Assembly: GCA_043228905.1 (NCBI GenBank) | Contig: JBHGNT010000010.1 | Coordinates: forward strand, 3,224,001 to 3,288,000 | Reading direction: 5' to 3' | DNA from: Azolla caroliniana | Taxonomy: Eukaryota; Plantae; Polypodiophyta | DNA: 64,000 bases | Shown here: positions 40,701 to 53,593 of the stretch, in pieces | How positions within the stretch are numbered: position 1 is the stretch's first letter | How the letters are laid out: the number at the start of each line of letters is the position of its first letter | The notes under the pieces: generated by a model | What the model was told of the DNA's origin: nothing | The model's input: only the letters and a program-made list of their open reading frames with translations | The model's database searches: none | Position numbers and translations under genes: made by a program

Positions 40701-43700
40701 ATCATTTTTTCTTCTATTGATTGAATGTCAAGAAATTTAAATCTGAGAGACCTTGACAATATTATATGAGACAGCAAGAGAAACCAATGCAAAACATATG
40801 AATCAGGTACCTCATTGAAAAAAGCCTCCTTCTCAGTTGCAACCATTTCCAACCTGATTGATTAATAAATAAAGTTTTAAACGGTGTGCACAATTACCAT
40901 AAAAGATACCAACAAAAATAGAAACACAAGGATTTAATGTGGTTCATCTATAAAGCTACATCAACAGCTGGAAAGCAACAAGAAAATTCCAATAGGACAA
41001 AGAAGAGTTATAATTCAATCTCACAATTACAACTCACAAACAAATCGAACCAAGTACAGCCTAAGAGCACTCTCTCCCTAAAGATCCCATGTCATCAAAG
41101 ATGTAACCTTTTGTTAGGTTTTATTGGCAATTTCGGCCTCTTAAAAGATGTTAATATACCTTTCTTTCGCACGCTCTCACTAGAGAATATTTTTAACTTG
41201 CCTTAAAATGGGCGGAAGTTATGACTATTTATAGAGAGTGGATGCGACCTTTGGCATGGTCACTATTTTGACCCACTTCCCTTAAATTTAAAACCATCAC
41301 ATAAAAGAATTTGGCTCTTCTTTAGTATTGGGGTCTTCTTTAGTATTTGGCTCTTCTTCAAGACCCAATATTTTGGCCATACTAGTGTAGTGAGTTCACC
41401 ATAGCTTCTGTAAATAAAAGAGAGTTCCATAGAAAACAGTACCTTACGTAAAATATTTCTCCACAATTATTAGTACACCTTACTGTATAAAAAAACTCAT
41501 TCCTAACTCTTAAGAAGACAATTGGACATTGAGAGAATAAGAGCAGATTTTGCAGGATAGAAGCATTCATAGAAAAAGGAAAGAATTAAAGAAGAGGAAG
41601 ATAATTACCAGCCACGTTTTGTCAACACTGCAGCTACAGCTGAAACTTTGAACTGAACATAAGCTTCTGGGGCGGCAGCTCTTTCCATAACATAATGGAG
41701 GCAATAGCTACATTAAGAAACATTCTACGTTAGACAAATAGAATGCCTAAAACACTAATTAAACAGCGGTTTCAATTGGTTGAATTGAAACCCACAATGA
41801 ATAGAATAAAGAGGATTTTTTTAACATACTTGCGCATATTACTTTTCTCATCTGCCATAAGCAAGCTCCATTCACGTATTGTTGACTCTTGTAATGCCGC
41901 AGCCGCTTGGAAACGTGCATTGGCCATTTGGGAATGCTCTACATAGATTAGAACAAAAAAGAAAGGAATGCAAAAAACAATTTCAGTTTTATATCAAACT
42001 TTCTTCTTTTTCTAATCACATTTAGTGGCATATCCAGAAAACCAAGTGCAGAATTAGGCACTAAATACCAACACCTCCGAATAATAACCCTGGTGATTTA
42101 CAGAACAACCTGAAGGATCCAATATTCATAGACACAACATGTATAAGACTCTTCTTCCATGATAAGTATATCATTGTGAAGTATTTAAATAGAGATAGAA
42201 ATCCATTATTAACCACAGTTATCTCGATATTAGGATTTTACAATGTATGGACTCACTATGATGCCTAGAGATCCAAAGATTTTGGAATGTCGATACCCTA
42301 GAGAATTTGGCTCTCAGTGGCCATTGCATCATTGTGGAATATTCAACTAGATGTATGTAGGGAACCAACTATACTGCATGTGACTCTCTCTCATCCAAGA
42401 AGTGTACAAGAAGGAATTTATGGCTATGTTTTAATCCCTCACAGAAAAGCCAACCTATTATATTCAATGTTGCTTAAATGGTCTCCTATGGTGATAGATC
42501 TCAAGGGTTGCTTGTCAGCCACCCATTCTTAATGTCTTGCCACTCACAACTATTATAACAAATTGAACATTCATGCTATGTCCTTATTAGATAGAATTTG
42601 AAACATGTGATCAGCTTGCCTTGGTGTATGAAGTGTAGATCTACATTAAAATAGTGCATTTTTATGATAGCATCAAAAACAGTGGTGACTACGCATTACC
42701 ATGCTATCTATGCAATATTGAGTTATCACATACACCTACAAGACCTAGCAATTATATGATAATTAGTGCATGTTATATATTATATGTTCTTTGGGTTATT
42801 CATCCATGACAGACCAATATGATTTCCATCCACTAATTCTTTGCCATCAAGGCATCATCTAGATGTACATATTTGGCCTTGTATGTCTATGAAACTATGC
42901 TAATCAGATAGCTTGTTGAGCTAGTTTGTGAAACCATCCTGGAGAATTTCTAGAGGACAGTAAAACCCCACCAAACCAATTTAGTTTAGGATCACAACCA
43001 GAGATGTGTTATATAAATGATTAAATATACCCATAAAGCTTTTGAACTCACTAAGACTTATTTTACATCCAGAAATCTTGCATAAGGAATTTGACGCCCA
43101 TTCACACCATTGACTCGCACCCCTTATACTATTTCTTTTACACATGATTAATAGAAAATCATATAATAAGATTGATCCCAAACCTAGCAACATTTTATTA
43201 AGATATAGAGTTTCTACAGCATCCTTCACTAAGCATATCAGAGAAGAGAAAATCAGGTATAATTCCAAAAGATTTCAATATTCTAGAATGACTCTGCCAT
43301 AGCTCTAAAACTGAAGTTTGATTTCTACGTCAAAAAAGTGGTTTGTTAAAATAATATCTTCCCCACTCATTGGCAACTATTAAGTGAATTTATGTAGGGC
43401 CTAACCTAAAGTAACTTTATAAAACACAACTTTACTATTGAACACACAAACCTTCACATGCATTAGAACCTAAAGCTAACTAGAACAACCCATGCCAATC
43501 ATGCGCTCTATCATTTGTGGCTCCTCCAGGCTAGGGACTGTCGGCCCTCAGCCATTCACACAGTTCACATAATGTGGTCTTGCTTGATTTCAAATGTTTC
43601 AAGTAGCTATAAAAAATTTATTTATTGTTATTAATAAATAATATAATAAAATAGAACAAAAATAGCATTCCTTGTAATATTTTGAATTAGCATTTGCATG

Positions 43701-44947
43701 TCTTTACTGAACACGCAAGCACATAAAGGCCATGCCCTACTGAGATTACATAACAGTATGATTGCGAAATGCAGGAGTTTTAAATCCCCATTTCACAAAC
43801 CATAAACTTAAGATGTAATAAAGGAAGTTTCACTTTCTACATACCTGAAAAGCCAAAATAATGATTGGTTAATATTCTTAAAATACCTAATATTCGAGTG
43901 CAGTCATATTTTCTGGAATTTGAGTGACAAATTCGTGCAGCTTTCATAGATTTCCGATCAATTTGATTGTATAAATAAAAGTTAAGATAACAATGTTTAA
44001 ATAGATTTTCAACATTTATGACAAATCTACTAGAAAGAGTATTTCACATCTTTTAATAGGTCAAAATGACCTATAAGACCAAACAAGAGATTACATCTTA
44101 GATGTGTTCTCGTCTTTGAGGAAAAAGTATAAGTAAGCATAGGGTATCAAAGACTCTAAATATCTAAGAACTTAAGATTTAGAACATAAAAACTTCTTTC
44201 TTCAAAGAGGAACGATTTCTTCAAAAACAAATAAAAATGTGCATTTGGTCCAACATGATTATTACCCATGATAAATTGGCACGCTTGGAAAGGTCGATAT
44301 GATTTCCGGAAAGCTAAAAGGACCGACTCTGCAGCCGCTCTTTCCTGAGGGATCTACATCAAATGAAGCAAATGAGAGAGAGAAAAAGATAGATAAACAA
44401 GATACGTACACCCCAAGAGCATGAGGAAAAACATACAAGATAGTTATTATACAAGGGAACTTCAGAACATATGATCAGAGTACATATAAGCTTAGAACTA
44501 ACAATATATATGTATAGTTTTAAAAAAAAGGTCTAAAGAAATCATGCTTGTAATGTGTATTCACAATGACACACTCATTTCAAAATAGAAGTGTTATCCA
44601 TGTTTCTCATCATGAAGGCTACCTAGAAAGACAATATACAGTATGTGGAACAAATACAAGCTATCTATGACACAAAGGGAACCTCGGAATATGAATTCCA
44701 GTTATGGACTTACAAAGAATTATACAGTCTAACAGGAATAAATTTTAAAAATGTGTATGTGCGTATTTATGCATATGTATGTATGCATGTTTATGTTCAT
44801 CATGTTCATGTTCATGTTGTTGATGATTGAAATCCAGCTAGAAAGAAGTGGAGAGGTTAGACAGAATACCTGGAGGGAAGAGCAGGCGCGCTCGACTGTC
44901 TGCATAGCTACCTGCAGATTACTCGTGTCCGCAACATTCGCAGCCAT
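16793..44947 (-). CDS. XPO4: Exportin-4 (importin-beta/karyopherin family), roughly 30 exons
   Basis: First exon 44870-44947 ([26 protein letters not shown]), then 44266-44353 ([18 protein letters not shown]), [10 protein letters not shown] (~41900), [21 protein letters not shown] (~36800), [24 protein letters not shown] (~29500), [14 protein letters not shown] (~26260), [12 protein letters not shown] (~23400), [23 protein letters not shown] (~22350-22520), 21979-22178, 17074-17143 ([11 protein letters not shown]) and last exon 16793-16981 ([23 protein letters not shown]). GT-AG boundaries at the junctions checked. Confidence 0.93.
17202..21737 (+). mobile_element. Ty1/Copia LTR retrotransposon, decayed, in an XPO4 intron (antisense to the gene)
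   Basis: Protease WIIDSGAS, integrase ([17 protein letters not shown]), RT ([15 protein letters not shown]) and RNase H ([11 protein letters not shown]). PPT GAGGGGGAG precedes the 3' LTR at 21565-21737. The 5' LTR is only ~62 bp (17202-17263). TSD ATTAT/ATTAC. Confidence 0.95.
20363..21101. mobile_element. Non-autonomous hAT element nested in the Copia RNase H region
   Basis: TIR CATAGTA...TACTATG and perfect 8-bp TSD GTGCTGAT at 20355-20362 and 21102-21109. It splits DWPNCAD|DRKSTSGY. Interior has TAATTTCTG repeats and subterminal CGAACACGA. Confidence 0.93.
27550..28440 (+). mobile_element. Degenerate Copia RT/RNase H fragment in an XPO4 intron
   Basis: [25 protein letters not shown]...RYLKG, GFCDSD and TKHID motifs with many lesions. 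A ~125-bp tandem duplication lies at ~28375-28620. Confidence 0.8.
33000..33790 (+). mobile_element. LINE 3' fragment (RTEX/L2-like C-terminal Cys/His domain), family A
   Basis: [30 protein letters not shown] followed by a 3' UTR ending GGCCTCTTAAAAGACATTAATATATCTTTCTTTC. Confidence 0.8.
37130..37710 (-). mobile_element. Diverged LINE 3' fragment, family A
   Basis: [13 protein letters not shown]...[14 protein letters not shown] parallels the 33061-33468 ORF. Short tail-only copies occur at ~38295-38370 (-), ~41095-41170 (+) and ~44050-44120 (-). Confidence 0.75.
41270..41392 (-). mobile_element. Possible CACTA-type terminus
   Basis: The minus strand begins CACTACACTAG, followed by three AAGAAGAGCCAAAT-like subterminal repeats. 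Confidence 0.35.
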
Positions 44948-45019
44948 GGACGGGAATCGAGAGAGCGATCCCAGCAGAGAAGGAGAAGGAGCACGCACGG
45001 GAAAGTGAAGAACCAACAC

Positions 45020-45064
45020 TCTTCGTCTTCTTCTTCTTCTTCTTCTTCTTCTTCTTCTTCTTCT
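45020..45064. repeat. (CTT)n microsatellite upstream of the XPO4 start codon
   Basis: About 14 CTT units, ~75 bp upstream of the ATG. Confidence 0.9.
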
Positions 45065-45979
45065 GCTATGGAAATGGGCCAATTTTATAATTTCAAGGAA
45101 AATTGTGAAGCTTTTGGATTGGTCTGAGGTCTCCTCCCAAGGCATCCAGACCCACCTTCACAGTTTTCCTTTCTATATACTCTTGCCATATGCCAGGAGC
45201 AATGCATGCCCCTCCCTCGCCTTCCTCTTCCTTTCTCCAACCCATACTATAGTTTCCCATGCCCTCCTCTGACTGGTCTTGCGTTACAAGGGTTTACAGA
45301 TTCAAGGGTTAAGGCTCAAGGTTCAAGGCCTGATCCGTACTTACTAACTCATCCCGCCTTCATCTTCATGCATTAACATGTCCTTAGCTTCTCGTTATCC
45401 CTCCCAGAATCCCACACTCAAGGTTCTCCATGCTTACTAACGTGAAAGTGTTATTCTTCACGCCCATTGCACTCGTGCAAGACATCTAGTCGCCCTCCCC
45501 ATTGACATGGCCACATCTTGTCGTACACCACCCTCCTCACCTCCACCTAACCCTCATCTCTACCTCGACAACCTCTCACCGAGGATGTCTTCAATATCTT
45601 TCACTCTCTCCCCACTCTTGATGACATCCACCTCTCCCTTCCATCTACACTCTTTCTCACATACACGGAGTAGCGTGTTCGATGTAGGCACTCATTAGGC
45701 TGGGAGGATGTTAAGTACCTCTCATAAGTATCATTATCAATGAGAATATCAATGTTGGTACCAAGGATACAAGTCTAAGGACAAAGAGAAGTCTAAAGAG
45801 AACACGAGTGAGATAGTTATTGAGTTAAAGCCTTGTGGCCACCCCATTGTAACAGGGCTCAATATCTTTGTAAACCTATAAAGGCCACTTTTGTGCCTTT
45901 TTAATTGTACTTCTTGAACCCTAGGTTTTATGCTAGAGCTTTGAACCCTCTCTCTCTCTCTTTCTTTTTTTATCGCAAT

Positions 45980-46250
45980 TAGCTTACCCTATTGGTAAGT
46001 AGTTACACTACAAGCCACTATGCCTTGGGTTCCATACATCTCTTTTTTTTTTTATCATAATTAGCTTACTTTAGTGGTAAGTTGTTACACTATAAGCACT
46101 GTGTCTTGGGTTCGAAACCCAATTTCCTCACCTCTCTATTATATACTTCATACATATCGCTTATTTCACTAGATGCCACTATGGAATGTAGGGGTTGAAC
46201 CCATGAGTTCGTGGTCTCCATTGGGCATCCTTACCAACTGAACTCTCTCT
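45980..46250. mobile_element. Cluster of tRNA-derived SINE-like segments
   Basis: Two tandem + copies (TAGCTTAC..TGGTAAG...GGGTTCGAAACCC) and one - copy (AGTTCAGTTGGTAAGG...GGGTTCAACCCC), flanked by (CT)n. Confidence 0.55.
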
Positions 46251-46869
46251 CTCTCTCTCTCTCTCTCTTGAATCCAAGGGTTGATCTAACTTGTACATCT
46301 TTGTGGTGATTCTTAATCAATTGAAGTGTGGTTTCCATAAGTAGCATGTTCAATGCCTAAACCCTATTTAGGAATGATATACTTTCTTGGTTGAAGACAA
46401 TCATTTGAGAGAGAGGAGGAGGGTTTCCATATGTCGTAATATATTAGTGTTAGTAGCTCAAGAGTGCATAATGACCACTCTCACCCTATGACAATCCAAA
46501 TTCAACATACAATTTCTGCGTGGAGAAAGAACTCCAATTGAAATGAAGACATGCACTCATAGGGACGCATCTCAAGACAAGAGAAACATAAGAGATGTCA
46601 TGACTATATGTGGGTTTTTGTCGATCAACTAACAACGTTCTCCAAATTCATATCAACCAAAACTATGATAATGACTCATGAATCGAATTACCAAATCGTG
46701 AGTTATATTTGTTTTAATATGGTTTACTAATCGATGTAATTAGTGATAGAGATTATAAGTTTACCCAAAAAATTGGATTAGAGACCTCCTCAACAATTCC
46801 AAATTAAAAGAGAAAGATAAGTTAAAGTCGATATGTCGAGGATCACATTCGCTAGTTGATACTCAAGGT

Positions 46870-47120
46870 TTTGTCTCCTTAGTTTTGCTGCAAAACCATG
46901 GTTTTAACGGTGTCGTGCATCGAGCACGAATTGTACGACAATGGTTTAAAGGTTTGAAAGTCTCTAAATTTGTTTGGTTTGAGCTTGAATTTTTGGAACG
47001 GTTTGGTTTAAATGGTTTCTTAGTTCGGTTCGGTTTAAGTTTCAATTTTTTTAAACGGTTCGGTTTTAAATGTTTTGAGTTTGACACTCTCGAACCAAAC
47101 CGAGCCATTACCCAGTGCTA
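46870..47120 (-). mobile_element. hAT-like transposon end with AAACCG subterminal repeats
   Basis: The minus strand begins TAGCACTGGG, with many CGGTTT/CGGTTC motifs. Confidence 0.55.
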
Positions 47121-47124
47121 GTTG

Positions 47125-48968
47125 TTGGTAAAAAAATCCTCAACATAAATTGTATGGGTTACTACAACCCTTCACAATTCTAGATAGTTCAAGGAAATCT
47201 ATCGCATTGGATTTCATTTCCAATATCCCATTTTCCAATGGTTTTGATGTCATTCTCAATGTGGCACATTTGTTCACTAAGATGCCGCAATTTCTTCCAT
47301 GATAAAGACGATCAATAGTCAAGATACAACACACATGGTTACGTTGGAAGTATTCATACATCACAATATTCCTAATGACATCCTTAGTGATCGAGGCCCA
47401 CAATTTATCTCTAATTTTTGGAAACACTTGCTTAGGCTCCTTCAGATTGATTGTAAATTCTCTTTGAGTTACCACCCTAAGACAAATGGTCAAACCGAAT
47501 GCACCAATCAAACATTGTAGTAATATCTTTGTTGTTCCATCAATTTATCTCTAATTTTTGGCAACACTTGCTTGGGCTCCGTCAAGATTATTGTAAACTC
47601 TCTTTTAAGTTACCATCCTAAGGCATATGGTCAAACCGAATGCACCAATCAAACATTGTAATAATATATTTGTTGTTCCATCAACTACCAACAAGATTAT
47701 TGAGTTGGCAATTTGCACTTTGTGGAGTTTTCTTACAATAATTTTGTTCATTCTTCTATCAAGCATACTCCTTTCTTTGCCAACACCGGATGTCATCCCA
47801 ATTGGACGATGCTTGAACATCTACAAAACTCGAGAAATCCTATTACAAAAAAATCATCTACTTCAACATTAAGAGGTTCACATTGCTCTTTCTCACCATT
47901 TGCACGACACTCAAGCCACACATAAGAAATTTGCAAATTTTAATCATCTTGACTCATCACCAATATACCTAGGTTTCGAGTTGGGGATCATTTGTGGTTC
48001 TTATAAAGTACATAAAACTAGTCAACCTTACACAAAGTTGGATTATCAACATCTTGGTCCATATTTTATCACTAACCAGATCAATGAAGTTGCATTTCAT
48101 CTCAATCTCCCTCCTCATATGCATCTTCATATAGTGTTCCATGAATCATTTTTGGAACCTTATGCTTCAAGCTCTATTTCAACTCTTCAACCTCCTATCG
48201 AGCTTGTTGATGGTATTGAATATGGAGTGAAAACCATTTTGGACCCCAAGATCATGTGCAACAAGTTATATATATATATATATATATATAAAGTCAATAT
48301 TCACCTTGGTATTAATGGCAACAAGTTATATTATTTAGTTCATTATCAAGTTAAACACTTAGTGATCGAACTCGGGAATGTATTAGAATTCTTGCTCATG
48401 CCACAAATTGTACCTCAATTCCATCATCGATATTCCAATAAGCCAAGTCTTGACAAATCATGCATTGCGGCTCATGGAACTCTTTAGCAAATGAAGGGGA
48501 TATGTGTCACGAATATCTTTATAAAATAGCATATGCACGCACAATCAAACACATATAACCAATCATCGTGAACACGTGGCCTCTATTATATATATGTACA
48601 TATAAGCTTTAACTGATAAGCTAACTCTTTATTCATATTATTTATTGTATACTTCTCATAGATAACCTTGGTTATATGTGTAACATTTCGAGATGTTCTC
48701 CACTTTTGTATATGCTAATACATGATCACCAAATGGTTTGCTTGCATGAAAAGCCAAGTGACAATCATGCATCATGTGAGGTGGCCATCATCCATCATGG
48801 GCCCAACCATGCTATATAAATAGATGTTTTAGTCATTGATAAACTATTCCGGTTCAACACTAATCTTTATTCTTGTAATCTTATTCTTCATGTTAATATA
48901 ATTCCATTCTTCTTGTACTTTTATCTTGTTTCCTTATTCCTTTCTATGATTCCATCTTGTTCTTGACA
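47125..48968 (+). mobile_element. Ty3/Gypsy chromovirus remnant (integrase + chromodomain + 3' LTR)
   Basis: SDRGPQFISNFW, SYHPKTNGQTE, the GPY/F module (LGPYFI...VFHES.LEPY) and a chromodomain (EYGVKTILD...YYLVH). PPT GAAGGGGA precedes the LTR TGTCACGAAT...GTTCTTGACA at 48505-48968. Internal ~140-bp duplication at 47400-47690. Confidence 0.9.
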
Positions 48969-49224
48969 ATGTCCTTGATAGCGAGAGTGAGTTAGTGGTT
49001 ATAGAGTGCTAATCACTTTGAAGCATAGGTTTGAATCTTGTCTTCCACTAAATTACCAAAAAATAACCTTGAAGTTCCTCAATTAAGGGTAATTAAGTTT
49101 CTTGTCAAATTTGCTCTCAATTGCATCAAAGTAGATCTTCATTACTTAAAATCATGTTGAATACATGTTTTACTCTTCCCAAAACAAGTAAATATCAAAG
49201 AATACTCTAGATTAAATTGCTATT

Positions 49225-50062
49225 TTTTTTCCTTAAAGATTTTCTTCAATAGTATTAAAAACATCAAAAAAGTACAAGTAAAAGTTATCTTCCCATAGGC
49301 TTACAACGTAGAATAAAAGACAATGCATGTACACCTAAACCTGTACGTACAAAAACAACTTATACAGGGATGTTGAACCTTAATACGGTACATTAACATG
49401 TTGTTTTAATATCAAGAAAGGGTCCATGGAAGTTGATAGTTCCATTGAGGTTTGTGATTTGTCACTACAAAGAGAGAGAGAGACACCTTCCTCCATAAGT
49501 GAAGAAGCTTCATCCTTCTTTTATGAATATTTTATGGAGAACCATGCATGTTATCGTATTGCCCACAAACTACTGTCAACAATGTTTCCCATATCTCAAG
49601 CAATACCTTTGAAAGACCAAGCTTTGTTGCATCGTAAAGTTGACTGCATCTTCCATAATACCCATAATGTTATCGTAGTCACAGTTTTCTAGACTTGGAC
49701 AAATCGCACCTGCTTTCAAGGTTGTTGAAACAGACTAACCGATATCAATCTTTTGTTATGTACTGTCATGGCCTCTTGTATATCGTCTGCCTCATACAAA
49801 TCAAGTTGGAGTGTAAAATTCCCCACACCGTTGCTCCCCATGAGAACAAGCAACCAACATTGGTCGTTAGGAATAAAGAAAAAACTTTATTCCATACTTG
49901 TTGAGCCAAGGAACAAGACCAGAAGGCATGCTTAGTAGTCTCTGGCATTGCATTTGCTCCCCATGAGAACAAGCAACCAGCATTGATCGTTAGGAATAAA
50001 GAAAGAACTTTATTCCATACTTGTTGAGCCAAGGAACAAGACCAGGGAGCATGCTTAGTAGA
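49225..50062 (-). mobile_element. L1-type LINE 3' end (zf-RVT region) with internal tandem duplication
   Basis: PETTKHAFWSCSLAQQVW motif, a ~123-bp duplication (49833-49940 vs 49955-50062) and an A-rich tail near 49225. Confidence 0.7.
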
Positions 50063-51659
50063 TTAAATCACTATTGTTGTTATAATGTTCGCAAATTACA
50101 ACAACTTTGCGGAAAGCCAATCCAAATTACACAAGTTTTTACAATAATTGAATCTTTTTATATAGGATAAGAAGAGATTCAAATGTGAAAGTGTTTTGGG
50201 GGTATATCCGTGAGTTATGATGTGCCAGATCTATGATTAACGATAACATCATCATAGTAATCAGAGGCCTCTTAGATGCCCTCATGATTTGTGACCTTTT
50301 GATTCCAATTAATGTCGACAAAGCTTGGGCGTTTGATTCCCAAAACTTGCGAGCATGATGTAATGAGCTCTCTTGCTCCTTATATTGCTTTGAAGATCTC
50401 TCTTGCTGGATAAAATAAGTTTATGTCTTTTTCACATGCACCATTGCTTTTCATTTTGAGCATGCAATTGTCCTTATCCTCGATGGGCACCTGGTTTTGG
50501 CAAAATATATATTGACATATTTGTGTTTCCCGCACACTCTGTACTTAAAAATTATTGCTATTTATCACCTTTAACAATATTGAACCTTTAAGCTTATTGT
50601 TTTCATTCTTGGTTTATACCATTATAAGCTACACTTTGATGTAATTTCAATGTTCTTCTTCTAATTTTTTTCTTCAACTAATCATTTTGACTACAATCCA
50701 AACCTATTACAACACTTGGCAACTCTTTCATGATTTTCTCCCTTCACACACACTACATTATGACAACATAGATCACATGTGAAGAAAACTATATTGACAA
50801 GTGGCTTGCACTAAGAAACGAAGAAGGTATAAAGAGAGGGTACATATGTTTTTCCAACTTCAAAAAATAGATAAAAGTGTACAAGGCTTATGATACTAAT
50901 GTTGATGTATGGCTCATTGTTGAGAAATAAGGAGAGAGAACTAGCTCACTCTATGTCTTCTATGATGTTTATATCTATAAATATCAAAATTTGATGTCTG
51001 AAATTTATAGCAATCTAATCACAATATCACCTACTTTCAACGAAAGTTCACAATCAAATATGTTTGGCTCAAGTAACAACATGTTATATGATTTTCAAAT
51101 ATATTCTATTTGCTAATTGTAACTACTTTGAAACGAAGTACGCAACAATAGTTCCTCCCCTTCATCTTATATAGATATTTTTAAATGAAAAAACTTATCA
51201 TCCTTCTTGTGTGTGAACAACTTGTAGGAGCCACATTCGAGCACCTTGATTCAATCAAAATTTAGTTATCACTTCCAATCTAAGATAATTTTATGCTTTA
51301 AGTATCCTACACCTAGTTTATTGAATGGATTCAGTATAGAGCAAGATGATTCACTTTCCAATATAACCTTTCCAATTATTTTATAAATTGGCCATTGACA
51401 CACATGATAATTAGGGTTTCTAAATGGTGAATATGAACGGCCAATAGTGAAGAATACCCTTTATTTATGGTATAATGGATAAATTTGTATTACTAAACAA
51501 TAAAAGTATGCATTTTGGGCTAAATCTAACAAGGCATCGCGAACTCTATATGAAATATGAAAGCGAAGTGTGTACAAAAAGAACTTCATATTTCACTTGT
51601 TAATATTGAGATTCTATACTATTCATTAGATAAGTCATTGTTGATTGAATTTGTAGTAT

Positions 51660-52030
51660 TATCTATTACTACAACTATAACTACATCCCAAGTGAAAGAC
51701 ATTCCTTTTGCTAGCACAACTAAGTCACCATTAGTTCTCTCACCATTGTTGAATTTGTCATGTTTTATCTATTGCTACAACTACATCCCAAGTGAAAGAC
51801 TTTTTTTTAGTAGCCCAAATAAGTCACCATTAGATCTCTCATTGTTGTTCAAATTTGTAATATTTATCTATTGCTACAACTACATCCCAAGTGTAAGACA
51901 TTCCCTTTGGTAATACAACTAATCTACCATGAGATCTCTCATTGCTGATCAAATTTGTAATATTTATCTACGGCAACAACTACATCCCATGTGTAAGACA
52001 TTCCTTTTGGTAGCACAACTAAGTCACCTG
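51660..52030. repeat. Tandem repeat, ~100-bp unit, about 3.5 copies
   Basis: Recurring CTACATCCCAAGTG(A/T)AAGACATTCC...AAGTCACCATTAG. Confidence 0.9.
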
Positions 52031-53421
52031 CATGAACCTCTACATATTCAGAGGAGTCGTCAGGATATATTTTTACTCTTCCCTTGACTAAATAAAATGT
52101 CTCTGTTGCATCATATGTCCATGGGAATTTGCTTGGAGGACAACCCCATCTGTGAACATTAAATGAGTATTTGTTAGCTTATTGGTGTTTCCAAAAGTAA
52201 GATTCAAGAACATAACATCTTCAACATTTTGTATTATATAACACCATATAAAAGAGTAAGCAACATCCTAGTAATGGAGGTTAAAAAATGAATGCCAACT
52301 TATCCTAATTGGATGTAATGATAAGGAATGGCAACTTATCCCAATCGGATGTAACGATAAGGAATGCACTTAGTGATCAAATGGGAAAAGGAAGATGAAA
52401 ACTTTGAAGATTTCAAAATGAAAATCCTACTAAAAACTTGTTATCCTACTTCCCTTCATATAATTAGCGATCCTTTATTCGTAGCAAGTTCTTTTGCTTA
52501 ATAATTCTTTTTTGCACAAGGAACATTGATAATGATTGAAGGCGTAGTCATAGGGATGATCAATTCTAAATCATTGAATTACAAGTTAAGAAATGAGCAA
52601 CATAATATACATGCATAGATGGCTAAATTTCACTCAAGAATTAAGAGAGAAACAAAGACTAACTTGGGCCAGAAGCGAATTCCAAGATCATTTATCCGAG
52701 CTTCAGAGATGGAGCGTTCAATGCGGATATTGCCAAGTTGAGGAGGAGAGTTGGAGGAGGAAGCCATATCACATTAGCTTAATTGGGATGAGACTATGGA
52801 TGGATAATATGTGTATATGCGATATTTAGAACTACTTTGCAATGTGGAGAACATTGTTGAGTTGCATAAGATATGGCAATTGGAGAGTGAGTGAGTGATG
52901 TGGTTGTATGTTGTCCACATCGCTTTCGAGACAAAAGTTGAAACAAAAATATTTGAATAATGATATCGGCAACCACCAGAGAGAGAAAGAGGGTTATAAC
53001 ATTTTTCCCATTCTCTCTCTAGTACGATCCCAATGATTCCCCAGTCAAACATTTGACTCTCTATACGCGTTAGTCTTCTTTGACTACCCGTCATTCTTGA
53101 AGCCAAATTACCCATTTCTATAATAATATAACATATATAATTTGGGCATATATAGCCTATAACGCTGAAGTTCCCACATGCACCACCACCTTTACTTTCA
53201 TACATTTGTTTCAACTACTATTTTATACAATTTACACACATCCACACCCTTATTTATTTACAACACTCACATCACCCACTACCTTATTTATTTACCTCAT
53301 TCACACCACACAGAACAACGGGTTCCAGATTTAATAATTAGCCTAGTTTTATTTACAAAACACATGATCGTACCACCACGTCATCTATGACGGAATTGCG
53401 TACCTTGCGACAAAACTTAAA

Positions 53422-53593
53422 ATCCTTGCCATAATTTTGTTTGCCATTGCAACCTGTGACCAGCTATAAGTTTCTGTAATACACCTAGCCACATCCTCCG
53501 TATTTGTATCCTTGCCATAATTTTGTTTGCCATTGCAACCTGTGACCAGCTATAAGTTTCTGTAATACACCTAGCCACATCCTCCATATTTGT
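53422..53593. repeat. Near-perfect 86-bp tandem duplication
   Basis: ATCCTTGCCATAATTTTG...GCCACATCCTCC occurs twice. Confidence 0.9.

Noticed and set aside
44948-45145. Poly-Arg N-terminal extension of XPO4
   Set aside because: It derives from the (CTT)n repeat. XPO4-like sequence starts at the ATG at 44947.
46060-46125. Functional tRNA gene
   Set aside because: A and B boxes are present but there is no acceptor or anticodon stem consistent with a cloverleaf.
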